Shown: positions 22,206 to 32,642, counted from the stretch's first letter. The stretch: 64,000 bases of DNA from Nitrosopumilus sp. (GCA_965207445.1 CBDBLX010000002.1:800001-864000), one strand, 5' to 3'. Notes: generated by a model not told the origin, from the letters alone. Made by a program: numbers and translations.

Positions 22206-23600
22206 ATGTCCACACAGATGACTTGTGCAAGACGCGGTGTTGCAACTGATGAAATGAAGCAAGTTGCAAAGGACGAAGATGTTACTCTGGAATGGTTGAT
22301 TCCGAAGATTGCTTCTGGTTCTATTATAATACCGTGTAATAACCAACGTCCTCAAAAAGATGATGTGCATCGCGTCGGGATAGGAAAAGGATTAAAGACA
22401 AAGGTCAATGTTAACATTGGAACATCTACACTTCATGTAGATTTGGAAGATGAGATCAACAAAGCACACGTTGCAGTCAAATATCATGCAGATACAATAA
22501 TGGATTTGAGTGATGGTGGGGATGTAAAGCATATACGTCGTACTTTATTGCAAGAGGCGTCCTCAATCACGTTTGGGACTGTGCCAATATATGAGGCTTA
22601 TAATTATGGTGTACAAGTACACAAAAACCCGCTCAATCTTACAGTTGATGACTATCTTAATGCATTTGAGCAAAATGCCAAAGATGGTGTAGATTATACT
22701 ACTGTTCATTGTGGTATTACAAAAGAGATTGCAGCTAGAATTCTTCAAGTACAGCGGCATGGTGGTGTTGTAAGTAAGGGTGGTACAATAACTGCTGCAT
22801 GGATGCTTAAACATGATATGGAGAATCCATATTATGAGTATTATGACTATCTTGTTGAGATTGCAAAAAAATACGATGTCACATTTAGTCTAGGAGATGC
22901 ACTGCGACCTGGCTCTATATTGGATTCACATGATGAACTACAGGTACAAGAGATGATCAATATATCTAGGCTGACAAAACGTGCCCATGCACAAGATATC
23001 CAAGTGATGGTTGAAGGACCTGGACATGTTCCATTAAATGAGGTTGCTGCAAACGTTCGACTTGCAAAATCTCTTATAGGCGATGTTCCGTATTATGTAT
23101 TGGGTCCACTTGTGACTGATGTTGCATCAGGACATGATCATATTGCAAGTGCAATAGGTGCGGCAGTATCTGCAAGTGAGGGTGTCGACTTGTTGTGCTA
23201 TTTGACACCTTCTGAACATCTGGCTTTACCTAATGCTGATGAAGTAAAGGCAGGGTTGATTGCATATAGAATTGCTGCACATGCAGGTGATCTCGTTAAA
23301 TTACGAGACAAGGCTATCAAATGGGATGCGGCAATGACTGAAGCTCGTCGTACACTTGATTGGGAACGTCAAATTGCACTATCGATCGACCCTGAAGAAG
23401 CAGCACGCATACACAGTAGGACTGGGCAACATCCTGGCAACAATGTTCCTTGTACTATGTGTGGTGGTGCATGTGTGTATATGATGCTACCTCAACAAAA
23501 AAAATATGACACTATTGCGATCAAAAATTCCAAAAAAACAACTACATCAGATGATAATGCAAACTCTACTGTCGTAACACAACCATTAACCTCATCTTGA
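22206..23600 (+). CDS. thiC: Phosphomethylpyrimidine synthase
   Basis: KVNVNIGTS, MDLS, GTVPIY, SLGDALRPG, EGPGHVP, CTMCG..C. Confidence 0.96.
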   Translation: MSTQMTCARRGVATDEMKQVAKDEDVTLEWLIPKIASGSIIIPCNNQRPQKDDVHRVGIGKGLKTKVNVNIGTSTLHVDLEDEINKAHVAVKYHADTIMDLSDGGDVKHIRRTLLQEASSITFGTVPIYEAYNYGVQVHKNPLNLTVDDYLNAFEQNAKDGVDYTTVHCGITKEIAARILQVQRHGGVVSKGGTITAAWMLKHDMENPYYEYYDYLVEIAKKYDVTFSLGDALRPGSILDSHDELQVQEMINISRLTKRAHAQDIQVMVEGPGHVPLNEVAANVRLAKSLIGDVPYYVLGPLVTDVASGHDHIASAIGAAVSASEGVDLLCYLTPSEHLALPNADEVKAGLIAYRIAAHAGDLVKLRDKAIKWDAAMTEARRTLDWERQIALSIDPEEAARIHSRTGQHPGNNVPCTMCGGACVYMMLPQQKKYDTIAIKNSKKTTTSDDNANSTVVTQPLTSS

Positions 23601-23805
23601 ATCCAAATGTAAATTTTACATTATAAGTGCATATAGTTCATATACTATCAGTACTTGGATTGCTTTTTGTGATAATAGTATATGTTTAGTTATTCAATAC
23701 GGTGGCACGGTTGTTGTCATGATAATGAATATGATCTGAGATTATTATGATGTTATTATTATGTGTACTTGTTTTTAATATTTGAAGTTGTATGTGTACC
23801 AATCA

Positions 23806-24660
23806 CTATTTTTCTACTGCTTTGACCATCTTTGTGAGTTTCTTGTATGATTCGTTGATATCTGTATGCTCTGCAAGTCTGTTTTGACAATCTGTGATAT
23901 ACTCGATAACTTCACTGGTCTTTGACTCTTGTACTGCTGTGAGTAGTCTACCTATATCTTTCCACAACTCTTCGGCAATCCTACGTATCTCTGGATTTGC
24001 AATTATTGTTTCTATGAGTTCTGGTGATTCTGTCATTATACTCTCTGCAAGTGTCTTTTGAACTCTAAACGTGGTACCTGACATCTTTTCAGTCAATAGT
24101 ACTTTTTCATCCTTTGAGATAATATTTGCAAAGACCAAATTCAACAAATGTGTCAATCCGAGTATCAATGCAATCTTTTTGTCATGTTCTGCTGCATCTA
24201 TAGTGACAAAATTTGCGCCTCCAAACAGTGACTTTGCAACTGCAAGTTCTTTTTTGGCATCTTTGATTGGAATTGAGATTATATTCTGGCCTCGTATGGT
24301 TCTTATTCCTGGTCCAAACATTGGATGCACACATATGGGATTTATCTTTGCAGGCATCTTTGTTAATGATGATACCACTTTTGATTTTTCTGATGATATT
24401 TCGATAAGGTGCGATCCTTTTGGCATTTCTTTTGCAATCAATCTAATGATCTCAGGTGTTCTCCTTGTTGGTGTGCATAGTACAACATAATCTGTTTTGA
24501 GCACACCACTGACAAGTGACTTTGCAATTGTAATGTTCTTTACTGTAATCTTTTTCTCCAAATCATATCCTGTCACGTCAAATTTATTGTCTACAAAATA
24601 CTTTGTAAACCAACTTCCCATCTGACCTCCTGCACCTATTACTGTAAGTTTCTTTTTCAT
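23806..24660 (-). CDS. tyrA: Prephenate dehydrogenase
   Basis: IGAGGQMG, HPMFGP, EHDK. Confidence 0.88.
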   Translation of the reverse strand: MKKKLTVIGAGGQMGSWFTKYFVDNKFDVTGYDLEKKITVKNITIAKSLVSGVLKTDYVVLCTPTRRTPEIIRLIAKEMPKGSHLIEISSEKSKVVSSLTKMPAKINPICVHPMFGPGIRTIRGQNIISIPIKDAKKELAVAKSLFGGANFVTIDAAEHDKKIALILGLTHLLNLVFANIISKDEKVLLTEKMSGTTFRVQKTLAESIMTESPELIETIIANPEIRRIAEELWKDIGRLLTAVQESKTSEVIEYITDCQNRLAEHTDINESYKKLTKMVKAVEK

Positions 24661-24663
24661 GTA

Positions 24664-26136
24664 TTACCCTTGATTTATCTTCTTTTTTAGTTTGTTTATA
24701 CCTTTGTATAATCTCTGTATGTTCTCACAGGCAACTGATATTCGTATATAATTATTGTATACATGTCCAAACCCTATACCGGGTGCTACTGCAACTGTGT
24801 TATTTTTGAGTAACTCTTGTGCAAATTTTGCCGTGTCATTTGTTGGCATACGAACAAACAAGTACATTCCACCCTCAGGATTGACAAATTCTAGATTCGT
24901 ATTTTTTATCTCTTGTATTAACATCTTCAGTCTGTCATTTATTGTGTTGACATTTGATGCTATGTCAACATTTAGTGCTTTAAGTGCTGCATACTGTATT
25001 GGTGATGATACGCTTGTCATACATAGAGATGATAGTGATTTGATCTTGTCTATGATCTTTTTGTCATGTGTAATTGCATATCCTATACGAAATCCTGTCA
25101 TGGCGTGAGACTTTGAGAATGACTGCACAGCTATACATTTGTCGTATTTGTATGATATGACGCTCTTTTGAGGTTCGCCTGAAAATACATAATCTGAATA
25201 TATTTCGTCACTTAATACATACATGTTGTACTCTTTTGCCATATTGATTATTTGGCCTGTTGTATGCGCGGGTAGTATCTTGCCTGTTGGATTGTTGGGA
25301 TAGTTCAAGATGATCATCTTTGTATTCTTGTTTATTGCATCTTGAATCTTTGATATCTGCGGCATCCATAAATCTTGAATTGTAGTATCTATTGTGTGTA
25401 CTTTGACACCCAAATATGCCGCACAGTTCTCGTATGCAGGCCATGCTGGTCTAATTACGATAACTTCGTCATTTGGCTCTAACAGTGCTGACATTGTCGC
25501 GAACACTGCAAAGCGTCCACCTGGTGTAACTATGATATTTTTGTCTGATAATTCTTGTGCGGCATTGAATCTTTTTGATGCGTATGATGCAAGTTTGTGT
25601 AACAACTCTGATGCACCTTGTGAATTATCATATTTGGTGTGTCCTAAATCATACGACTCTGCAAGTGCCTGTTTGACTGTATAAGGTGGTGCAAAGTTTG
25701 GCTCTCCGACCTCCATGTGTATAATGTCTTTTCCTGCACTTTCCATTCTCTTTGCTTGCGCAAATATTGACAAGTGTGTGGCAATATTATCTCCACAACA
25801 CTCGTTATTATTAGTTGATTGTGTACTTGTTGACTGGATGTTTGTTGACTGTATATTGATTGACTCACTTATCAAATAGTTTAAGAATTTTGTAACAATT
25901 TGTTCTGTTTGTTGTAGAGTCATATTCTCTATTACATTGTTGCGTTCTTTGCATATTTTCAGCATCTCTTTGTGTAATTGTGACTCACGAATTGCATCTG
26001 TAATGTTTAATCCCATCTCTTTTTTTACATGTCCTATCTCTGATGCAATTTTTGCCCTCTCCAAAAATAGATTCAACATGTCAATCGTTACATCATTCAT
26101 TTTATGGCGCAACACCTCTAATTCTTTATCTGCCAT
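24664..26136 (-). CDS. Chorismate mutase domain fused to class I/II aminotransferase
   Basis: N-terminal LR...ER..IA..IG..K...RE; HMEVGEP, NYPNNPTG, SDEIY, SFSKSHAMTGFRIG. Confidence 0.88.
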   Translation of the reverse strand: MADKELEVLRHKMNDVTIDMLNLFLERAKIASEIGHVKKEMGLNITDAIRESQLHKEMLKICKERNNVIENMTLQQTEQIVTKFLNYLISESINIQSTNIQSTSTQSTNNNECCGDNIATHLSIFAQAKRMESAGKDIIHMEVGEPNFAPPYTVKQALAESYDLGHTKYDNSQGASELLHKLASYASKRFNAAQELSDKNIIVTPGGRFAVFATMSALLEPNDEVIVIRPAWPAYENCAAYLGVKVHTIDTTIQDLWMPQISKIQDAINKNTKMIILNYPNNPTGKILPAHTTGQIINMAKEYNMYVLSDEIYSDYVFSGEPQKSVISYKYDKCIAVQSFSKSHAMTGFRIGYAITHDKKIIDKIKSLSSLCMTSVSSPIQYAALKALNVDIASNVNTINDRLKMLIQEIKNTNLEFVNPEGGMYLFVRMPTNDTAKFAQELLKNNTVAVAPGIGFGHVYNNYIRISVACENIQRLYKGINKLKKKINQG

Positions 26137-27314
26137 TAGACCACCTGTTTTACATGTCCTGATACAAGAGCATGATCTGCTATCACAAGTGCAACTAATG
26201 CATCAACTACCGGTGGTGCTCTTGGAACTACGCATGGGTCATGTCTCCCCTTTACTTGCAATGTATCACTAGTCAACATTTTGATGTTAACTGTATTTTG
26301 CTCCTTTGATATTGATGATGCTGGTTTGAACGCTACTCGCATTGTAATTGGCATGCCATTTGATATCCCACCCAAAATCCCACCTGAATTATTTGTACGT
26401 GTGACTATTTTTTTGTTATCTTTCTGATCTTTTATAATTTTAAATGTGTCATTATTTTTTGAACCTAGTGTTTTTGCACCTGCAAAGCCAGATCCAAACT
26501 CCACACCTTTTACAGATGGAATTGAAAAAATTGCGGCGCTTATATCTGATTCTAGTGATCCGAATATGGGCTCACCTAATCCTACTGGCAATCCTTCTGT
26601 TACAGATTTAATTATGCCGCCTAGTGAATCTCCTTGTCTCTTTGCATCTAATATCGCCCCCTTCATCTTTTTGGCAATGTTTGAATCGGGACATCTTACA
26701 TCATTGTTGTATGTAATGTGATTTATTTTATCAACTGTTTGAGTGGTAGTAGTTGTTGTGGTGGCGGCAGTAGTAGTAGTAGTGGTTGCCATGATTCTTT
26801 CTACTTGTTTTTCTGTTAATGATATTTTTCCAATTTGTTGTACAAATGAGTATATTTTAACATTTAATGTCTTGTCTAATAATTTCTTTGCAACTGCACC
26901 ACCCATCACATGAGTGGCAGTCAATCGCCCTGAGAATCTACCCCCGCCCCTATGGTCATTATAATTGTTGTATTTTATCATGGCAGTATAATCCGAATGA
27001 CCTGGTCTTAATTGTGTTTGTAAATTCTCATAATCGCCTGACTTTTGATCTGAATTTTTTATAATCATTGTAATTGGTGCCCCTGTTGTATGTTTGCGAT
27101 ATACGCCTGATACTATCTTTACCACATCTTTTTCTTTACGTTGTGTTGTAATGATGCTTTGGCCAGGCCTTCGTCTATCGAGCATTGGTTGTATATCTTT
27201 CTCTGAGAGCTCTAATCCTGCAGGACACCCATCTAGTATGGCGCCAATTAATTCACCGTGACTCTCACCAAAGCTTGTAAGTACTAGTTTTTGGCCAATA
27301 CTATTTCTAGACAC
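26136..27314 (-). CDS. aroC: Chorismate synthase
   Basis: FGESHG, RPGHSD, GGGRFSGR, GGILGGIS, GRHDPCV. Confidence 0.96.
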   Translation of the reverse strand: MSRNSIGQKLVLTSFGESHGELIGAILDGCPAGLELSEKDIQPMLDRRRPGQSIITTQRKEKDVVKIVSGVYRKHTTGAPITMIIKNSDQKSGDYENLQTQLRPGHSDYTAMIKYNNYNDHRGGGRFSGRLTATHVMGGAVAKKLLDKTLNVKIYSFVQQIGKISLTEKQVERIMATTTTTTAATTTTTTTQTVDKINHITYNNDVRCPDSNIAKKMKGAILDAKRQGDSLGGIIKSVTEGLPVGLGEPIFGSLESDISAAIFSIPSVKGVEFGSGFAGAKTLGSKNNDTFKIIKDQKDNKKIVTRTNNSGGILGGISNGMPITMRVAFKPASSISKEQNTVNIKMLTSDTLQVKGRHDPCVVPRAPPVVDALVALVIADHALVSGHVKQVV

Positions 27315-27417
27315 ACTTTTGATATTGTATGCGTGTTTATAATTCCTAATGAAAATTATTTTTATGCACTCTAAAAATTCTCATCTGTATTTAATATCTC
27401 ACATGTAATGAATAATT

Positions 27418-28257
27418 GTGTGAATTAACTTTCCTGACTGATATATTCATTTAAAATTTGAATATAAACAAGTAAAATTAATTTAGATTTTGAGATTTTG
27501 TGATAATGAATTTTTTCATATTTCATTCAATCTATCTAAATTATTGGAAATAATAAATACATTTATATGATCAAAGCTTTTTGCCAACACTATGAGTCAA
27601 AAAAGACCAGACAAAGTAGATGATGCATGTATTCAATTAAAAACAAAATATGAAATTATCAATTTGAACAAAAAATAGCTAATAAAGATAAAAAGCTAAA
27701 TAAAAAAGATCACATCATAAATACACTAAAGCACCGTGTCAATACATTAGAAGAAGATAACTCAAATCTAAAAGAGAATAACATTCCTATGAAAAAATAA
27801 AGTCAAAAAAAAATGTAACCATACAAAATTATGAGACAAAATTTAACTTAAGAGAACGACCATACACCATCATCAAAACAGGGGGGGGGGGGCATACATC
27901 CAAATAAATCAAAAAATAGTAAATCAAAAACATCTGCACAAAACAAAAACAACATTAATTGTCCAAATACTGACAAGGCTAAATTCAACAAACAAAGTGA
28001 TGTTTTAGACAAATGTGCCACCAGCACATTCAAAGCATCAGAAAAAAAGAGACATGTTGCTACATGGAACAATTGTCTACAGCTAAAGAGTGACAAGGGG
28101 GCAGAAAATCTCTGTGTGATGCCCAGTTGTGTTGAGACGTGGAAGCTGCGTGGACTAAATGTCTGGGATGACTATGTAAAATTATTGGTCCATCGTCTGA
28201 TGATACATCTTAAAGATATATGATCTTGTTATTATGTCAAAATAGGTTGGTTCACAC
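27418..28257 (+). mobile_element. Internally deleted IS66-type element (840 bp) with MITE-C-type ends
   Basis: Ends GTGTGAATTAA / TTGGTTCACAC; TnpC C-terminal remnant (SCVETWKLRGLNVWD); degenerate TSD GAATAATT/GAATTCTT. Confidence 0.65.
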
Positions 28258-28426
28258 GAATTCTTTTAGGCGGTCCGGACACTCGTATATTTCAGCCCAA
28301 TCTTCGAGGCCACACATAGAACAATATTATCATAAGTCAATCTTTCACCCTCAAAGTTCTTGTAACCTCGTCTGAGCGACCCACCCAGCCAACATGAGCG
28401 ACCCCTCATCAGTAAATTCTTCACCC

Positions 28427-28798
28427 TCAAAGTTCTTGCAGCCGCATTCCTCGATTGTATGCGTGTAATTGTATTATGAGTCCATATGCAGGACGTATAC
28501 AGGCCATTACACCGATTATTGACATCCATAAATGAGGCATCAGTAATATACAAGCAACACCCATCAATAAAAACATAAGTGGTACAAAAAGGATAATTTC
28601 AATTTTTAATGAATGATAAGTTGACAGGATTGACTTACATTTACCGCGTTCAATAGGGTATAATGTCCACATCCAAACAAGTATAGTGAGTCCACCTAGG
28701 AGTAAAATTTCAATATTATATGTAATGATTACGGCATAAGTAAGGATTGAAATAAATCCAATTAACCCTGTAATATCAAATATTTGCAAGAGTTTCAA
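28427..28798 (-). CDS. ~4-TM membrane protein (micro-operon 2, gene C)
   Basis: Hydrophobic 123-aa ORF; TTG start 2 nt after the gene B stop. Confidence 0.65.
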   Translation of the reverse strand: MKLLQIFDITGLIGFISILTYAVIITYNIEILLLGGLTILVWMWTLYPIERGKCKSILSTYHSLKIEIILFVPLMFLLMGVACILLMPHLWMSIIGVMACIRPAYGLIIQLHAYNRGMRLQEL

Positions 28799-28800
28799 GT

Positions 28801-28935
28801 TTAACCCTCAAGTGTAGATAATGCGTTAATGATTGTATCAAGCAACCAATCCCAATTTTCAATAACCCATCCAACACCATGTGTGGCTATTGCACTAACA
28901 AGTGCCACTTTAATAATGTCTTTATTTGTAGGCAT
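28801..28935 (-). CDS. 44-aa hydrophobic Trp-rich peptide (micro-operon 2, gene B)
   Basis: MPTNKDIIKVALVSAIATHGVGWVIENWDWLLDTIINALSTLEG; TAATG coupling to gene A. Confidence 0.6.
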   Translation of the reverse strand: MPTNKDIIKVALVSAIATHGVGWVIENWDWLLDTIINALSTLEG

Positions 28936-29102
28936 TATTCATTCTCATTCAAATTATCTATACGATTTACATATTCTTGCAACTTATACATTTTATCTAT
29001 CATTTTTTTGGCATTCTCCTCTGATGGTCCATCCTCACCAATTGACTTCATGTCTTGTAATGTCGCTATACTCTCAGAGCGTATATCTTCTAAAGTATCC
29101 AT
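28935..29102 (-). CDS. Acidic 55-aa miniprotein (micro-operon 2, gene A)
   Basis: MDTLEDIRSESIATLQDMKSIGEDGPSEENAKKMIDKMYKLQEYVNRIDNLNENE; AAAACTTTTTATA ~25 bp upstream. Confidence 0.6.
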   Translation of the reverse strand: MDTLEDIRSESIATLQDMKSIGEDGPSEENAKKMIDKMYKLQEYVNRIDNLNENE

Positions 29103-29150
29103 ATCTATGCTACAACAGATATCTATAAAAAGTTTTACAATTTTGGCTCT

Positions 29151-29828
29151 CAGTCAATCCGGACACGTAACTAGTATTTTGTCGCCACGTATGATAAACT
29201 TCAAACCCTCTGGGTTACCAAGTTTGGCAAGGACAGGCTTTGGAATGTACGAGTAACTGGTTACCCCTTTTCACGTTGTGGGTTATGGATACTTGGAATT
29301 CAGTTAGCATTGGCAGCCCATTTAGTCATGTTTGTTGTTGTCAATACGACGTTATAACGTCACTGATATCGGATTACACACAAATACTTATATATCCAAT
29401 TGGTGATATATGTACAATGAAACAAAAAACAGTTCAGGAAAAAAGGTGGTAGGCAAAATTATCCAATTAAGATCAAAAACACTAGTAGAAAATGACAACC
29501 CAAAGTCTGACAAGCAGAGACGCTCCAAGACTCAGATTGATCCAATTTGGAAAGCAGGCATTTAGATTGCATGCATAATAGTTTCATTAAAGATCCGATA
29601 GTTTTCTAATATTTTGTATTTATAATATGTGCTCAACTTCGAGATGAATATCAATCAAAATATCGGATCTTTAATCATATCAGTATGCATTGTAGGTGCC
29701 ATAACTACACTGAGCTCGATTAAATGGGTAGTCACATCGCAAACTGTGCAAGATCTTGTATGTGGTGTCGCTTAGTTCACTTGGAATGAGATGTCAGTGT
29801 GAGGCCAATGCAGATGGAAAAAAAGATA
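29151..29828 (+). mobile_element. Left part of a degenerate IS6-like element with SWIM-type zinc-finger transposase start
   Basis: Starts CAGTCAATCCGGACAC; second copy at 62232..62815 (inverted) plus 59365..59789. Confidence 0.6.
29576..29685 (+). mobile_element. MITE-A copy 2
   Basis: Near-identical to 20295..20404; TGCA on both sides. Confidence 0.9.
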
Positions 29829-30833
29829 GGTAATACGTAACTATCTGGACCTGATTTTTTGGATAATTTGAACATTTAATTACACATTAAATGATCTTTT
29901 CATGTAATGGGTCTGAAATGACTTGAATACTTGACTCTCTTTGAAATATCTTTAACCAGAACACCTGTCAAGAGATCAAACAAATTTTCATCTCTGTGGT
30001 TGTATCTAAACTCGATATACTTGAGATATAATGAGAAATATGTTTTTGGAACACCACGGTATGAATACAGAAAATTTTTGGCAAAACTCTAAAAACATTC
30101 AACACTGTTTATGTACACATCATCTCTAACATATTCATCCTTACTATGAGTCACCATTTGATGTGTACCAAACTCATCAAGTGTGCCGTATGCAGTATGT
30201 TCATCTGTATAGTACAATGACCCTGACATAGTATGCTTTTCAATTATGGGTCTGAGTGTTTTTTGCTTTCGATTAGGCACGATAAATGTACAAATTTGTC
30301 CATTTCTAGAATGTATACCAAAGACGAGTGTTTTTCCTGCAGCTCCCCCACCGCGTTTTCCTTTTCGATGACCTCCAAACATTGCCTCATCCAATTCTAT
30401 TTTGCCATCAAAGACGAGTTTTGGAGATGTGTTATATATGGCCTGTCTGAATAACATGAATGTTTGCTCAATGGTACGAAGACTAACATCTTCATAGAAT
30501 CTTATTTGGTATGCAGGAACTCCAAGAACAAACAGATATGCAAGATGTGAAACTGTATCTAATGGTATGTAAAGTTGGACAAGGTAGGTGTTTGTAAAAT
30601 CACCAAACTTGGATTTACATCACTTACATTGATATCTAGAACTCGGGTGATCTACTGACCTGTGATTGCATTTTGGACAAACTCGCCTTCCTGCACATCT
30701 TTTCTTGACAAAAAATGCCTTGTTTTTTGTCAAATTATTTGCCAAGATTTTTGGATGGTTGATAGGCACTACCTAGGCGTGAAATTATTTATCAATATGC
30801 ACTTTTTCAAGGTCAAAATAGTTACGTATTACC
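29829..30833 (-). mobile_element. IS1595-family element, frameshifted
   Basis: TIR GGTAATACGTAACTAT; IELDEAMFGG..KGKRG.GAAGK, YTDE...Y, HSKDEYV..INSVE motifs. Confidence 0.88.
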
Positions 30834-31282
30834 AAAAAAAAAATGTAACCATACAAAATTATGAGCCAAAATTCAACTTATGAGAACGCCCATACATCAT
30901 CGTCAAAACAGGGGAGACATACATCCAAACAAATCGAAAAATAGTAAATCAAAAACATCTGCACAAAACAAAAACAACACTAATTGTACAAATACTAACA
31001 AGGCTAAATTCAACAAACAAAGTGGTGTTTTAGACAAATGTGCCACCAGCATATTCAAAGCATCAGAAAAAAAGAGACATGTTGCTACATGGAACAATTG
31101 TCTACATCTAAAGAGTGACAAGGGGGGCAGAAAATCTCTGTGTGATGCCCAGTTGTGTTGAGATGTGGAAGCTGCGTGGACTAAATGTCTGGGATGATTA
31201 TGTAAAATTATTGGTCCGTCGTCTGATAATATATCTTAAAGATGTATGATCTTATTATTATGCAAAATAGGTTGATTTACAC
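30834..31282 (+). repeat. Second copy of the right ~450 bp of the 27418..28257 element
   Basis: Direct repeat of ~27806..28257 with scattered substitutions. Confidence 0.8.
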
Positions 31283-31312
31283 AATTTTTCGTATACTGCC
31301 TTGTCACTTTAA

Positions 31313-32068
31313 TTATGCATATCGTATATTGACATATCTACAAGCAACGGTAGCAGATTTAGTAGCCATATCACAGACAGTATTGATTATTGATTGTGAT
31401 AATGGATTTCTGTTTAAATGATGTGTTTCATCGAACATGTGGATGTTGATCATATCAAAGTCCAAAAATTCAAACATTTCACGAGCATCGGGCTCCAACA
31501 ATGCGTAAAGATCGCGCAAATTTCGTGTATCAGGAAACGCCACATGGTTTGCCAACAAGCATGCACGGAGCGTATAATCAATTATCAAACAAGCCCTTGT
31601 ATATCTACTATTCATACTGCAATCTGTACGAATTGGTAGAAATTCATCAACAATACGCACAATGTGCATCTGTGTGGATTTCTCAAAGTCAAGTGGTTCT
31701 AATAATGTCTCAAGGAATGCATCGGCATTAGGACTTGAAAAGATGGGAATAGAACCGTTGAGTCCTCGAAGTGTGTTGTATTCTAATGAGCCGTACATAT
31801 TTACAAACTTTTTAATTGATTTTATATTATATGGAAACACACTTGCTTTTTTAACACCATTTTTGGCAGTCGTTATTATGTTGCGTATTTTTTCTACATG
31901 ACTGCCTCTTTGTACTTCGTCTGACAAGTACAATACATCCAAATCGCTGTCTAGACGTTCTGTGCTTTTTACTTGTGAGCCAAAAACATAACAGACCATC
32001 ATATTCTCATCCAAATATGGAAGTGCTTTTTGTAGCGCATTAAATGATGCTTGACCATGCTCATTCAA
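31313..32068 (-). CDS. Minimal nucleotidyltransferase (MNT) fused to a HEPN-like domain
   Basis: VFGSQV...DSDLDVL; C-terminal LRACLLANHVAFPDTRNLRDL resembles the HEPN LKAxL...PxTHDL pattern. Confidence 0.65.
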   Translation of the reverse strand: MNEHGQASFNALQKALPYLDENMMVCYVFGSQVKSTERLDSDLDVLYLSDEVQRGSHVEKIRNIITTAKNGVKKASVFPYNIKSIKKFVNMYGSLEYNTLRGLNGSIPIFSSPNADAFLETLLEPLDFEKSTQMHIVRIVDEFLPIRTDCSMNSRYTRACLIIDYTLRACLLANHVAFPDTRNLRDLYALLEPDAREMFEFLDFDMINIHMFDETHHLNRNPLSQSIINTVCDMATKSATVACRYVNIRYA

Positions 32069-32337
32069 TTAATCATCACATCCTAACTGAACAGCACGCA
32101 CATGTAGTTATGTTATTTTATCTTCTAAAGAGTTAATATAATCAATACCGTGATGACCTGCTTCATTAAATTCACGTAGCTTCTTTCGTATTGATTCACC
32201 ATCCCAAATATTGTAAATGTTTAAAAATTGTATTTCCGTCATTTGTGCGTCTCCTTTGTTTGTTTATTGCAACAATTGTTAATCATTATGCATTGTAAAC
32301 ATTATGCAATTAAATAATTCTTTCTACGGTGTGAGTC

Positions 32338-32418
32338 GTAACCGTTCAACCCCCGTATCTGCTCCAGACAATAGACGGTGAATCTATACCTAAATTTGAG
32401 GAGGGGTTGAACGGTTAC
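32338..32418. mobile_element. MITE-B copy 3
   Basis: GTAACCGTTCAACCCC...GGGGTTGAACGGTTAC. Confidence 0.85.
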
Positions 32419-32642
32419 TGGATTTACATCACTTACATTGATATCTAGGACTCAGGTGATCTACTGACCTGTGATTGTATTTTGGGCAAATTCACCTTTC
32501 TGCCCATCTTTTCTTGATAAAAAATGCCTTGCTTTTTGTCAAATTATTTGCTAAAATTTTTGGATGATTGTTAGGCACTACCTAGGCGTGAAATTATTTA
32601 TTAATATGTACTCTTTCAAGGTCCAAATGGTTACGTATTACC
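32419..32642 (-). mobile_element. Truncated terminal fragment of the IS1595 element
   Basis: Homologous to ~30610..30833, ending in the TIR ...GTTACGTATTACC. Confidence 0.8.

Noticed and set aside
24664..26136. Chorismate mutase-aminotransferase fusion as a novelty
   Set aside because: To my knowledge this is an ordinary feature of thaumarchaeal aromatic amino acid clusters
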